Below are positions 10,209-20,585 of a stretch of 64,000 nucleotides of DNA, piece by piece; positions within the stretch are counted from its first letter, which is position 1, and each line of letters opens with the position of its first letter. The stretch comes from a phage. Both the position numbers and the translations under genes were made by a program. The stretch is from the NCBI GenBank assembly GCA_012646185.1, contig GCA_012646185.1_4706.1; one strand, written 5' to 3'. A model generated the notes under the pieces. The model was not told the DNA's origin and ran no database searches. It saw only the letters and a list, made by a program, of their open reading frames with translations.

Positions 10209-10287
10209 GGATTTGTGTTGGTCCGTCTCGATGCCCATCGTATTTTATGGATTGTCGAATGACGTCATTTTAAGGGACATCCCCGGC

Positions 10288-10316
10288 CTCCTCCCCAGGA
10301 AAGGTGTGGGGAGGAG
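10288..10316 (+). terminator. GC-rich stem-loop followed by T-run
   Basis: ctcctcccca...tggggaggag then ttttt on the plus strand. Confidence 0.35.
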
Positions 10317-10351
10317 TTTTTATCATACATTCTATTAAATCGAGCGCGATT

Positions 10352-12433
10352 ATGTTGGATAGAATCAATCGTTTAATGAACCGAATAACGGTTAAAAATC
10401 AGAGTAACAACACCGTGCATATCGGGGGTATCGATGCCTGGCGTCTTTCAGATGACATTCAGCGAATATGGGGTACCTCCCGATTTATGAAACATATGTT
10501 TCGTAATTTCTCTTCTAGTGGACTCAGTCTCCACAACTTTTACCTTCCCGATTTCGTTTATATTCTCGAAACGATCATCGAAGCAAAGAATACCCGTAGC
10601 AACAAACGCATGCTGAAACACCTTATTGAGGTACTGCTACAGGAAACCTGGCTGCAAAATACCACAATCGAGCAACCTGCAATCCTCGATAAAGCACGCA
10701 TGAACAAAATGCTAACGCTCTCTTTGTTCGATTATCAAGATGAGTTTATCGACATCTATAACCGTAACGTACCTAAATACCGACTGAAAGGATACGTGTG
10801 CGCGATGGGTGCTGGTGCGGGTAAAACAATCACCGCATTGGCTTTAAGCGCCGCAATGAACGTCGACGTATTTGTGGTCTGCTGTCCTAAGAACACCATG
10901 CGTTCAGCATGGCAATCCGATGTAAACAAAGCCATCGTTGACCCCGCAACAGAAACCGCGTTCTGGTCAGACACAATGCCACCATCACAGCTGCAGAAAA
11001 GCGATAAGTATTATTTTCTGCATTACGAATCGATGGGTTTATTAAACGATGTAATGATCAAGCATAAACGCACAGCGAAGCGCGTTCTTATTGTTGTTGA
11101 CGAAAGCCATAACTTCAACGACAAGAACAGCCAACGTTCCCAACGACTGGTTGATCTTGTACAGACAATGCGTCAAACCATGAATGCGGATGTGCACGTC
11201 TTGTTTATGTCGGGTACGCCTGTTAAACAAATGGGTTCTGAGATGATCCCCTGTTTAGGTTGTATCGACCCGATGTTCCAAGGACAGGTGGTCGATAGCT
11301 TCAAATCAATTTACGGTTTAACCAGCAGTCGCGCTAACGATATCCTCAGACATCGTCTTGGGTTCATGATGCATGTCGTACCTAAAGAGGCTTATCGTAA
11401 AACCCGTCCGGAAGTTCAGGACGTTTACGTGAAGCTCCCTAACGGTAGCGATTATACCATCTCAAGTATCCGCGACGACATGGCGGTATTTGTACGCGAT
11501 CGGGCGAAGTATTACAAGGATAACTGGGGGCATTACAGAAAGATTTTTGATGACGCCTTGGACTACTATCGTAAGACTATTCGTACCGATGGTGAACGTA
11601 AAGAGCTATCTCGATACGAATCGATTGTTACTCGTTTCCAGAAAGGTTACGATCCCGTCAGAGACAAAGAAGATGCGATGTTCTGCAATACGTTTGAAAA
11701 ACGAGCGATCATGCCGGTTCTTCCTTCCGATTTAAGGATCGCTTTCAAAGACGCCAAGAGCGTCATCAAGTACGTTGGGTTGAAAATTCAGGGTGAAGCG
11801 TTAGCGCGCGTTCTCGGTGCAGCCCGCATTCGGTGTCATGTCGACATGGTGGAGTACATCGACTTCGAAGGGTACATCAACAACGCTGAAGCCAAAGTGT
11901 TGATCTTCACGTCGTACGTTCAGGTGGTTGAGCGCGTCGACAACCTGCTTCGTGATGCGGGTTTCTTACCGGAACCCATTTACGGGAAGACCAACAAAAA
12001 CATCAACCAAATACTTGCTCGTCTACGCGATGATCCTGACAGCGGTCCCGCTATTGCAACATTTGATAGCTTAGCTGAAGGGGTTCCGATGCTGATGTGT
12101 AATGTCGGCCTTTTCCTGAACAACCCGTGGCGTTCATCCGATGAAATCCAAGCCATCAGCCGTCTCGATCGCGTAGGACAAACGCAGCCTGTTCGGATTT
12201 ATCGTTTCATGTTGGATACAGGAAGCGAGGGTAACGTTTCTACACGTAGCCACGAAATCATGGAGTTAAGTCGACAGCTTGTTGAAGAAATCACGGGTGT
12301 CAAATATGTTGTGAACAAGCAAGATGATGTTAACTTGCAAGAAACGTTGGCAATGGAAGGATACGACCAATACGTTACCGTAAACACCACGGAATACGAT
12401 ATTAAACCACGACCTGCGTTCTTGGAATGGTGA
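10352..12433 (+). CDS. SNF2-family SF2 helicase/ATPase
   Basis: Walker A GAGAGKT, motif II VVDESH, motif VI QAISRLDRVGQ; start placed at first ATG after the stem-loop (track ORF begins at 10304 with GTG inside the hairpin). Confidence 0.65.
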   Translation: MLDRINRLMNRITVKNQSNNTVHIGGIDAWRLSDDIQRIWGTSRFMKHMFRNFSSSGLSLHNFYLPDFVYILETIIEAKNTRSNKRMLKHLIEVLLQETWLQNTTIEQPAILDKARMNKMLTLSLFDYQDEFIDIYNRNVPKYRLKGYVCAMGAGAGKTITALALSAAMNVDVFVVCCPKNTMRSAWQSDVNKAIVDPATETAFWSDTMPPSQLQKSDKYYFLHYESMGLLNDVMIKHKRTAKRVLIVVDESHNFNDKNSQRSQRLVDLVQTMRQTMNADVHVLFMSGTPVKQMGSEMIPCLGCIDPMFQGQVVDSFKSIYGLTSSRANDILRHRLGFMMHVVPKEAYRKTRPEVQDVYVKLPNGSDYTISSIRDDMAVFVRDRAKYYKDNWGHYRKIFDDALDYYRKTIRTDGERKELSRYESIVTRFQKGYDPVRDKEDAMFCNTFEKRAIMPVLPSDLRIAFKDAKSVIKYVGLKIQGEALARVLGAARIRCHVDMVEYIDFEGYINNAEAKVLIFTSYVQVVERVDNLLRDAGFLPEPIYGKTNKNINQILARLRDDPDSGPAIATFDSLAEGVPMLMCNVGLFLNNPWRSSDEIQAISRLDRVGQTQPVRIYRFMLDTGSEGNVSTRSHEIMELSRQLVEEITGVKYVVNKQDDVNLQETLAMEGYDQYVTVNTTEYDIKPRPAFLEW

Positions 12434-12440
12434 TTAAGAA

Positions 12441-12464
12441 GCTCTGCATGATGTCAGGCAGAGC
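12441..12464 (+). terminator. stem-loop gctctgc...gcagagc
   Basis: Inverted repeat then TTTATA immediately after helicase stop. Confidence 0.4.
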
Positions 12465-12534
12465 TTTATACTTGCATTTGTTGCAACAATCGTATGACGT
12501 ATACGCGTTGTACTTATTTAATAAGGCAGAATAA

Positions 12535-13986
12535 ATGAAACTTAAACAAAGCTGGAAAGACGAACTTCTCGCGTTAGTAAATAGCAAAAACAGCTTACAG
12601 CTGACATTAGCCGACGTAAAATTTGAACTAACTGAACCGGTAAGCGAAGTGCCCGGAACGGTTGTCGTTACGATCAAACCGAACGATGATAGCCGTTACT
12701 TTAACGAGCAGTCTCTGACCTACATCCGTCGAGACATCGCTAAAAACTTCACCGGGATCCCGTTACGGGTTATCGTTAAAAATGATACCGCCGTAAGGGA
12801 TATCATCAATACGATTGCTGAACGTTACGGATTGGTATTTGACACAACCATCGACTTCCTCGAATCCGAGCTGAATAAGCAGATTACGTTCGAAGACACC
12901 GGTATTAAAGACATTACGGTTCCGGTTGCAAACACGTCTTATGTTTGGGCTGGTAATCTTCAGTTCAATATCGCTAACGATACGTTGAGCTTGATTACGA
13001 TCATCAAGCAAACCAATCTTACGAATCTGGTTTATCTGGATGGTGTTGAATCTAACACATCGGGTTCGTTACTATTAGCAACGACCTCGGTTATCGGCGA
13101 AAACGGAAATGCCGAAACAACTGAAGGTGTCCTTGACGCCGCGTACTTCCAGAATATCCTGAACGTCATGGTTCGTTATGGTGATATTACCAGCGAACAA
13201 ATGCAACAAGCAATGCAGACAATTAACGGAAGCGAAGACGCTCGTAGAGTAGAGGTGCGGTCATACGGTGACGCCGAATTACTGGTAACCACCAAGAAAG
13301 ATTGGGTTATCGGTAGCCTTAAGGGTGCTATGGTTGTTGGTCACGCTTCACCTAAACCAATCCAATACGTTCTTAAAACAAAAGGCGGCACCATTATATT
13401 GTCATTAGATGGTTGGACAAATGTCAATATCGATTGGGGTGATGGGAATAAGACGACGCAGGACTCAGGCGATAATGAATATCAGCACAATTATGCGGAC
13501 ACTACAGAACGTACGATCGTCGCTACGGGTACCCCTACCAACGTTGGAGATACAGACGTACAGCAAAGCTTCACCGGTGGTAACATCACTGAAATCGTTG
13601 ACTGGAACAACGGATTACCTAAGGCCCCATCATTACTTGCAGCGAACAGTTTAACTAAGGTTCCCGATTATATCCCGGCATACTGGACATCGTTAGAAGG
13701 TATGTTTACGCGATGCAGCGCTATTAACGACGTGAACATCACCAAATGGAACACCCGCAACGTTACTTCAATGAAGGACCTCTTCTACGGTTGCGCTACG
13801 TTCAACCAACCGATCGGTTCGTGGGATGTTTCGTCTGTTAAGAATGCAGACAATATGTTGTCTGGGTGCTTCGCGTTCAATCAGGATCTGAGTGGTTGGA
13901 CATTCCCGGCAGGCACTTCACACATCAACTACGACGCCATGACCGCCGCATGGCAGGCTGGTTATAAACCACACTTCACCGAGTAA
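12535..13986 (+). CDS. DUF285/BspA-like repeat protein (possible surface or host-interaction protein)
   Basis: 483-aa ORF; C-terminal tandem repeats MF.RC..N..I.KW.T.NVT.M..LF.GC..FNQ.I..WDVS.V.N...M..GC..FNQDLS.W. Confidence 0.6.
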   Translation: MKLKQSWKDELLALVNSKNSLQLTLADVKFELTEPVSEVPGTVVVTIKPNDDSRYFNEQSLTYIRRDIAKNFTGIPLRVIVKNDTAVRDIINTIAERYGLVFDTTIDFLESELNKQITFEDTGIKDITVPVANTSYVWAGNLQFNIANDTLSLITIIKQTNLTNLVYLDGVESNTSGSLLLATTSVIGENGNAETTEGVLDAAYFQNILNVMVRYGDITSEQMQQAMQTINGSEDARRVEVRSYGDAELLVTTKKDWVIGSLKGAMVVGHASPKPIQYVLKTKGGTIILSLDGWTNVNIDWGDGNKTTQDSGDNEYQHNYADTTERTIVATGTPTNVGDTDVQQSFTGGNITEIVDWNNGLPKAPSLLAANSLTKVPDYIPAYWTSLEGMFTRCSAINDVNITKWNTRNVTSMKDLFYGCATFNQPIGSWDVSSVKNADNMLSGCFAFNQDLSGWTFPAGTSHINYDAMTAAWQAGYKPHFTE

Positions 13987-13999
13987 AAAAAAAAAAAAA
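13985..13999. repeat. A15 homopolymer tract
   Basis: 15 consecutive A overlapping the stop codon of 12535-13986. Confidence 0.9.
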
Positions 14000-14011
14000 T
14001 AGATAGCATAT

Positions 14012-14045
14012 CTTCCTCCCTACCCATAACGGGCGGGGAGGAAGG
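14012..14045. terminator. GC-rich stem-loop between convergent genes
   Basis: cttcctccc...ggggaggaagg followed by ttt. Confidence 0.4.
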
Positions 14046-14061
14046 TTTATGTCAATTTAAC

Positions 14062-14400
14062 TTAGAACCAGAGTTCTTTCATGAAGTAGGCTTCCATATC
14101 GTAGATAAGCCACTCGTCAGGGATTTCTAAAGGATCGTCTTCGGTTAAGGTCAGCATGTGCAGGGCGAACGCACGCTTAATATCGTTCAGCAGTTTCTCG
14201 TCGTCGTAACCTTCGGGTAGTTTACGGTCTACCAGCTGGGTTTGTTTATAGACGTCGCGGAATGCTTCAGGGCTGTGTTTGTCCATCGGAAATTGTTCAG
14301 CAGCCTGAACCATAGAAAGCGTCCAGCTTACAACATTGTAACGCTCACCATTAATTTCACTGAACTGATCATCGATTAAACAGATTTGTTGTACGTTCAT
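14062..14400 (-). CDS. hypothetical protein
   Basis: 112-aa ORF. Confidence 0.45.
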   Translation of the reverse strand: MNVQQICLIDDQFSEINGERYNVVSWTLSMVQAAEQFPMDKHSPEAFRDVYKQTQLVDRKLPEGYDDEKLLNDIKRAFALHMLTLTEDDPLEIPDEWLIYDMEAYFMKELWF

Positions 14401-15290
14401 TCATTTTCTCCATTCTTATCTTGGTCGCAATCACACTCTTCGACGTCTTTCTTACTTAAACGTAAGACACCGAGTGCGGCATGCTTGAGTTCTTGCAACG
14501 CGCTTTTCAGCTGACCTTCTTCATCGAAATCAAAATACTTCTCGTTGTAGCTTAATGCTGGAATCATATTTACGAGAGGTTCGATGGCGGGCATCAGCAT
14601 TTCAATGACGACCTTAGGATCAACAAAGCGTTCAAACCCTTCAGGAAGTTTGCTCGCTACAACCTTATCGTTTTTGATGTAGAATTTGTTCTTGAACAGA
14701 TCGTCAAGAATAGCGTTCTCTTCATCCGTACGTTTTGCGTGAGGACGATCGATCATCTGTACAAACACACCATTCAACGCTTCAGGCAACGTCGGATTTT
14801 CACGAAGATAAGTTCCAGCCGGAATTTCAATATCGATCTTCGTCCACTCAACAACCTGGTGGTCTCGTGTGTAGATGACGTCAACTTCCCACGCCAGGCC
14901 ATCAGCGCTTTCTACGGTGTAACGTGTTTTCGCCTGGCCTTCAGGAGCCATGCGTTCGATCGCGTCAAACATCTCGACTGGAATTTCGACTTCGCTTTCC
15001 GTTGCATCACCTGGACCACGATACACCTTCGTGGTCATGATGTATTTCGGCTCTTCGTTATCGATCTGGATCGCACGTGCGCGCACCTGACCTTTCACAC
15101 CACCAACGGCTGTGTTATCAAACAACCATTGATGTTGCACCATATGTTCGATTTTTGATGCGACTTGACGAAGACGTTCAACACCGTCTTCAGCCAGTTT
15201 ACCAAAGAAGACCAGCTCACGTTCCTGCTGTGTCTCACCACTTAACATCATTAAATTGGCGATTTGTTTCACGCCTCTTACTTGTGACAT
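14397..15290 (-). CDS. hypothetical protein
   Basis: 297-aa ORF. Confidence 0.5.
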   Translation of the reverse strand: MSQVRGVKQIANLMMLSGETQQERELVFFGKLAEDGVERLRQVASKIEHMVQHQWLFDNTAVGGVKGQVRARAIQIDNEEPKYIMTTKVYRGPGDATESEVEIPVEMFDAIERMAPEGQAKTRYTVESADGLAWEVDVIYTRDHQVVEWTKIDIEIPAGTYLRENPTLPEALNGVFVQMIDRPHAKRTDEENAILDDLFKNKFYIKNDKVVASKLPEGFERFVDPKVVIEMLMPAIEPLVNMIPALSYNEKYFDFDEEGQLKSALQELKHAALGVLRLSKKDVEECDCDQDKNGENE

Positions 15291-15358
15291 ACATGCTCCG
15301 GTTATAAGGGCCTACATCGAGGCCCCTCATTGATTTTTGATTCCACCAAACGCTATCG

Positions 15359-16933
15359 TTACAATTCAAAATCTTCATCGATAACACGCTGGGTAAGCAC
15401 TTTGTCGCTGAAGAACTCCACCTTGCGCTGATGGTATTTACGGTGCGCTTCGATAGAAGTACATACCAGATACCAGAACGTTGGCGTCATTCCTTCAAAC
15501 TTCCCTTTCAGCTGACGCAGTCGCCCCAACACCTGAATGTTGCCGGTTCGTGACCCCATCGCTAACGTCATGAACGTCATCACCAAGTCAGGGAGGTCGA
15601 TACCTGTACCTGCCGATTTCACCGTCGTAACGCTAATATCGTTATCCAGCAAGACCATGAAATCTTCTTCAGCAGTATAAGGACCGATCTCTAGCTCAGG
15701 AATACGCTCACTGAGATAGTGCGACAACGACTTACACATATCAACGGTTGCACAATACACCAGCATCTTCATGCCTTCCTGATACTGGTTCATGAAACCT
15801 TTGATGATAACGGTATAGATGAAGTTAAAATACGCGAGTTTGAGTTGCTTGTTCTTCATGATAGACTGTTCGAATATCGTGTGTGAATAAGCTCCGCCAA
15901 ACCCTTTGTATCTGACTTTATCTGTACTGCGTAGTCGATATGTTACCGCATTTACCGCAATATATTTCTTGTATTCGCCTTTTGCATAACGGGCTTCTTT
16001 CGGATACATCAAATACAACATCTGTTCGATAAACGGATCATCGGACACCGCCGTTGCCGACAGATAAATGATTTCCGGAATACTGGCGTAACACTTGACC
16101 TTAAACAAGAAATGCAATGCTTCGTGACACTCGTCATGAATCAGCAAACCTATGCCGGTCTTTTCCCAAAACTCAGCGGGATGAAAGGCATATGGCGCAA
16201 CGCAGTTATTCTTCTCGTAGTCCGCAATATAACGTTGGAACATGTTCAAGGAGAACAATGCGATTTTGAAGTCGAGCTCACCTTGTTCAACCAAGGTTTG
16301 AAACTCCAGCATGCTGTAACGAGGAATGTCGGGATGTGGTGGATCCTCCTTAGCGTTCCCGCGTATCTCAATAACGTCCCCTGGTTCCATCCCGAAGAAG
16401 TTCAGCAGTGAGCTTCGCCAACCTGGCATGTATCTCGGCGACAGAATGATACCCGTCCGTACACCACGTCGGAAGGTAATCTCCTGCGACATGGCCGTTT
16501 TTCCTGACCCCGTTTGAGCGGTGTTTAGGCTCATTCTGAAGGGGGTATCCTTACCCCCGTCCATGTACTCCAACCATTCTTGCTGATCTTGACGCCATGG
16601 AAACTTCCATTTCTTTACGAACTCCACTTCTTTACCTGGTACCGGATCGTGATAGACGATTTCCAACCACTCTTTTCGTATCCCTCGGGAAAAGATAAAA
16701 TCCAAAAACGATTTCAACTGTTCACGGAGTAAGTATACCTCGCTATAATCGCTTCTCGCCGCGGCATACGTGTTTATGGTATCGGTAACCATTCTCCGTG
16801 TACGAGGGTCACGCCGTTTCCTCAGATGCAAACAACGGTCTCGAAGGTAATGGCCTATCAAATGGGCAAATCGAAGTCCGTATCCGCTCAGCCTCATGCC
16901 ATGCGAGAAGACGTCGATACGAGCTAACTTCAT
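15359..16933 (-). CDS. SF2 DExH-box helicase
   Basis: 524-aa ORF; Walker A AQTGSGKT, motif II IHDECHE, SAT, motif VI QVLGRLRQ. Confidence 0.65.
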   Translation of the reverse strand: MKLARIDVFSHGMRLSGYGLRFAHLIGHYLRDRCLHLRKRRDPRTRRMVTDTINTYAAARSDYSEVYLLREQLKSFLDFIFSRGIRKEWLEIVYHDPVPGKEVEFVKKWKFPWRQDQQEWLEYMDGGKDTPFRMSLNTAQTGSGKTAMSQEITFRRGVRTGIILSPRYMPGWRSSLLNFFGMEPGDVIEIRGNAKEDPPHPDIPRYSMLEFQTLVEQGELDFKIALFSLNMFQRYIADYEKNNCVAPYAFHPAEFWEKTGIGLLIHDECHEALHFLFKVKCYASIPEIIYLSATAVSDDPFIEQMLYLMYPKEARYAKGEYKKYIAVNAVTYRLRSTDKVRYKGFGGAYSHTIFEQSIMKNKQLKLAYFNFIYTVIIKGFMNQYQEGMKMLVYCATVDMCKSLSHYLSERIPELEIGPYTAEEDFMVLLDNDISVTTVKSAGTGIDLPDLVMTFMTLAMGSRTGNIQVLGRLRQLKGKFEGMTPTFWYLVCTSIEAHRKYHQRKVEFFSDKVLTQRVIDEDFEL

Positions 16934-18936
16934 AACGTGATTACATCCTCCGGTTTAGGTTCTTTACGCGGTAACAGCATGTAGTCGATCGGATGATCTG
17001 GCTTCATGGTTGGGATATAACTGTTCGGGTTTTGGAACGCATCCAGTTGCTCTTGGTGAGCGAACTTCATACTCAAGGAGCGCATGTTCATGTTCTTCTT
17101 GAAGGTACTGAAGTATCGTGTTGTTCCCTGTTTCGGCATGCGATAATCTTTCGTGTGCGGCGAACGAATCATGCTGGCGTAGAGAATAACATCGAGATGC
17201 GAAAGGTTCATTCGCAGACGCTGAGCGCACAGACGATGCCAATAGTACAGCACGTTTGCAACTTCTTCCGGCGTTGCTTCGTCTTCCGAGAGGAATCCGG
17301 CACTGAAAGAACCTTTCCCGAATTTGAACTCACGTTCGATTTCTTTTGCGTATTCCATCATGTTTTTGTGGATTAACGGCATCTGGAATAACGTACGTGA
17401 ATTGTCCCAATGTTTCAAGTCGAAAATCACAATCCCGTCAGGCGTCACTTCCCAGCTATGGCGTTTAAGATAACGGATAAACGCTTTACTCGGTACAACA
17501 GGACGACCGCAGAAATCGAAATTGACTTTGAGCTTACGATAGCTTTCATCTTTCCTGTCGTAAATCTCCATATCGCAAAGCGTCATGTTGAACAGACGCT
17601 GTGGTATCAGCGAACTGATTTCTTCCGCTTCGGCTACGTCGTACAACATGTTAGCAAGACCTAACTTCATCTTAATCAACACGTGTTTACCTTTCAGCTC
17701 ACGTGCGAGTTTGATGTCGTTCATGTTCTGGCTGTAGCGAAGGATATGCTGATATTCCGGTGGGATTGGTGCTGTAGAGACCGTTGACGAACCATCGTGG
17801 TGTTTGGTAGAAAGAATGTTCTGCGTTACCTGTTGCGAGCAGGTACGCGCTGCACCATCGCCGACATTATCAGTCAATGCGAAGTTATGACTTAATTCAC
17901 CGTAACACGTTGTACATACCCCAGCAGGATCGGGATGATGACAATAGTTAACGGAGCGCATGCGTACCGTCGTGCCGATCAATTCTTTCATGTGTGGTTG
18001 TATCGCTACCAACGAACCGTCGTCACGAATAATGAATCGACCGTGGAAACCACGCAGGTCGGTCTCATCGCGGATTGGCATCGGGATGGTCTCTTTACTA
18101 CCACAATCACCAGGATGAAGTCGTTGTACAACCGCTGTCGCTATCTGAAGTTCACGACCGAAATATTCAGACTTTTTAATCTGCTCTTTGTTGAACAGCA
18201 ACGATTTCGCCGCAGAACGACTTTCTTTCAAGCTGTCAGGAAGAGAGATCAAACCGGCTGCGTACGACCGCATTACCGGATCGCGGAATATCTCGGAGTT
18301 AATATCAGTCAAGAATCCACGCATCCCAATACACTGTAGCACCTGCCCAATCGAAACGTGTTCGGTTCTTACCGCACGTGCGATAGGGTTTGCATGTAAC
18401 GTTTTATCGGTGCTCAGTACCTTCGTCAGTTTCTTGTATGCGCTTTCAATGCCTTCGCGGGTGGGTTCCGCTTCGGCGATGATTTTCTTAACTTCGGGGT
18501 GTACAGTAATCTGATAAAAATCATCCGCGCAAATCGTTGTTACGTATTCCTCCAACGCATACGTAAAGAAGTTATATACATTGTTAAACATATCGAACAG
18601 TGCTTTCCAGAGAACCTCACGATTCTCTTGTGGATAAGCATACATGCATTGACGATACGCTGCGCTTTGCAACGCAACCGATGAACCCGCTGTGAACTTG
18701 CGTTTATCGACCAGGTTCTCTTTTGTCAATGGTGTCTCAGGATACATGCGATGTACAGACCAGTGCATGTAACTAAAGAAAATGCGTCGCGCACGTAATT
18801 CATGAACGCCATCGTCCATCTCGATATATACACGGTCATTAGGCTGTGCCCATTCGAACACCTCATCAACCGGCCAATGCATAAGCTCGCGTGCCCTCAC
18901 ACGACGTTTCGTGGTGGTTGTCTGTGTTGTAATCAT
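16930..18936 (-). CDS. multisubunit RNA polymerase beta-prime, C-terminal fragment
   Basis: 668-aa ORF; VRMRSVNYCHHPDPAGVCTTCYGEL...GDGAARTCSQQVTQNILSTKHHDGS matches the conserved beta-prime region RS...C...GVC..CYG...GEA.G..AAQSIGEPGTQ.TMRTFH.GG. Confidence 0.6.
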   Translation of the reverse strand: MITTQTTTTKRRVRARELMHWPVDEVFEWAQPNDRVYIEMDDGVHELRARRIFFSYMHWSVHRMYPETPLTKENLVDKRKFTAGSSVALQSAAYRQCMYAYPQENREVLWKALFDMFNNVYNFFTYALEEYVTTICADDFYQITVHPEVKKIIAEAEPTREGIESAYKKLTKVLSTDKTLHANPIARAVRTEHVSIGQVLQCIGMRGFLTDINSEIFRDPVMRSYAAGLISLPDSLKESRSAAKSLLFNKEQIKKSEYFGRELQIATAVVQRLHPGDCGSKETIPMPIRDETDLRGFHGRFIIRDDGSLVAIQPHMKELIGTTVRMRSVNYCHHPDPAGVCTTCYGELSHNFALTDNVGDGAARTCSQQVTQNILSTKHHDGSSTVSTAPIPPEYQHILRYSQNMNDIKLARELKGKHVLIKMKLGLANMLYDVAEAEEISSLIPQRLFNMTLCDMEIYDRKDESYRKLKVNFDFCGRPVVPSKAFIRYLKRHSWEVTPDGIVIFDLKHWDNSRTLFQMPLIHKNMMEYAKEIEREFKFGKGSFSAGFLSEDEATPEEVANVLYYWHRLCAQRLRMNLSHLDVILYASMIRSPHTKDYRMPKQGTTRYFSTFKKNMNMRSLSMKFAHQEQLDAFQNPNSYIPTMKPDHPIDYMLLPRKEPKPEDVITL

Positions 18937-19081
18937 TATTACTTTCCGATTTAAATGGTTTTATCATACGGTTTACCAATTCCGTTGGAATTTACTATCA
19001 TCATGATAGCATCGGGAATCCCTTCTCTTAGGTTATGTAGGTGTTAATATATCTCCACTGCCGGAGTAAAAGTCGGCAACA

Positions 19082-19567
19082 TTACCCGGCTTTCTGTCGT
19101 AGAGCGTACGGATCCATAGCGTCTGATATATCCGAAACAACCGTGAGAATGAAGCCCTTTATCTGTCTCACTTCGGTCACACGCAATCCTTTATCGTTAC
19201 GGTATACGTTTTCTTCACCAACCAACTTTGGTCGGATAACATAAACGCCATCAACATACGGGAATGTCGAATACGGATAAACACCAATAGAAATGATGTT
19301 TGGATAATCGCCTCGAAGGTCGCGTCCGAACTTATCAACTCGACCATAAATCGTTCCATCCGCACCTTCCACCTCAATGAGATCATTTCGAATATCCTGA
19401 AATAGCTGTTCTAAGGTGTCGGCGGGGTACGCGTATGCGACGCCTAACGCACGATCCTCGATCGTTTTGACATTGAATCCGTTAAGCCAAACAATCCGTT
19501 CATTCGCCCATGTTTCTTCATATACCGTTAACCCATCGCCGTATATGTTGGCGTGTGCTATCTCCAT
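19082..19567 (-). CDS. hypothetical protein
   Basis: 161-aa ORF. Confidence 0.45.
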   Translation of the reverse strand: MEIAHANIYGDGLTVYEETWANERIVWLNGFNVKTIEDRALGVAYAYPADTLEQLFQDIRNDLIEVEGADGTIYGRVDKFGRDLRGDYPNIISIGVYPYSTFPYVDGVYVIRPKLVGEENVYRNDKGLRVTEVRQIKGFILTVVSDISDAMDPYALRQKAG

Positions 19568-19681
19568 AATCTCATTTCCTCTTCTACGTAGAAATAGATG
19601 ACATGTTGGATATACGTTGCCTTTGCATATATTGCTTTATTTCCGTCAGAAATAACGGAAAATAAAAACAACGACATAATT

Positions 19682-19711
19682 CCCTCCCACCTCCACATGG
19701 GAGAGGGAGGG
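19682..19711 (-). terminator. GC-rich stem-loop ccctccc...gggaggg
   Basis: Inverted repeat downstream of gene 19725-20087. Confidence 0.4.
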
Positions 19712-19724
19712 TTATTCGTGTTTA

Positions 19725-20087
19725 TTATTCTACGCTGTCTTCTTCCGTATCTTCCTCTTCAGAACCATCGAATGTTTTCATTGTGACGGTGGTATCCCAG
19801 TTAGCCGCGTAATCGGCCATCGCTTCACGCAGCGCTTCTTCACCAGCATCACCAGCCAGGTCAAGTACAACCAAACCTTGTGCGACGTTTTGAGCAACGG
19901 TATCAATAACGGTTGCATCTTCTTCAAAACTACGTACGGGTTCAATGGTACCTACATCAACAGCATAGTTCGTGGTTGCTGTAAACACGGCGACTTGTAG
20001 CGCATTGCTATCTTCATCATGCAGTGCTGCTTCAATACCGATTGGACGAGCCAGTTCTTGCAGTGTTAATTTGCGAATTAAGTTCAT
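19725..20087 (-). CDS. hypothetical acidic protein
   Basis: 120-aa ORF, D/E-rich C-terminus. Confidence 0.45.
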   Translation of the reverse strand: MNLIRKLTLQELARPIGIEAALHDEDSNALQVAVFTATTNYAVDVGTIEPVRSFEEDATVIDTVAQNVAQGLVVLDLAGDAGEEALREAMADYAANWDTTVTMKTFDGSEEEDTEEDSVE

Positions 20088-20119
20088 TATGTTTTCCTCA
20101 GGTGAATGTTAGCAATCGT

Positions 20120-20545
20120 TTAAAACTTTAAAACTTTTTCGATACGATGGTTGACGAGTTCATTGAACGACTCTTCAGCTTGTTCGATGATTTCATCAAC
20201 GTCGATATCTAATTGTTGGGGTTGGATAACATGCTCTTTCATGGTTTCCAGCCAGTATTCGGCTTTAATCATGACGTTAGCGACGTGTTCGACCTGGCTG
20301 CGTATGTCGACGATCTGGCAGTCAGGATTGTTAATATCGATGATGTGTCCGTGGTGGTTGATAAAACCTAGCTTATTTGATGCCCTTACCGCATCGCGGG
20401 TAAGTTCTTGCAAGATTAAATTATTAACGTAGTTCACTGCTACGGAACGATTTTCGTTATCACTCATACCAGGGATCCTCTTTAAGTCATCACATTCTAG
20501 TGTTAAGCAGTTAAAATAAACCGTTCCTTTTATCAGCATAAACAT
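20120..20545 (-). CDS. hypothetical protein
   Basis: 141-aa ORF. Confidence 0.45.
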   Translation of the reverse strand: MFMLIKGTVYFNCLTLECDDLKRIPGMSDNENRSVAVNYVNNLILQELTRDAVRASNKLGFINHHGHIIDINNPDCQIVDIRSQVEHVANVMIKAEYWLETMKEHVIQPQQLDIDVDEIIEQAEESFNELVNHRIEKVLKF

Positions 20546-20585
20546 CCTCCTCCCACCACATGGGCAGGAGGAGGCGTAATATGCA

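Noticed and set aside
10288-10316. Classical plus-strand terminator
   Set aside because: No plus-strand gene lies upstream; more likely a 5' structural element of the helicase mRNA or a stop for antisense transcription, so kept at low confidence.
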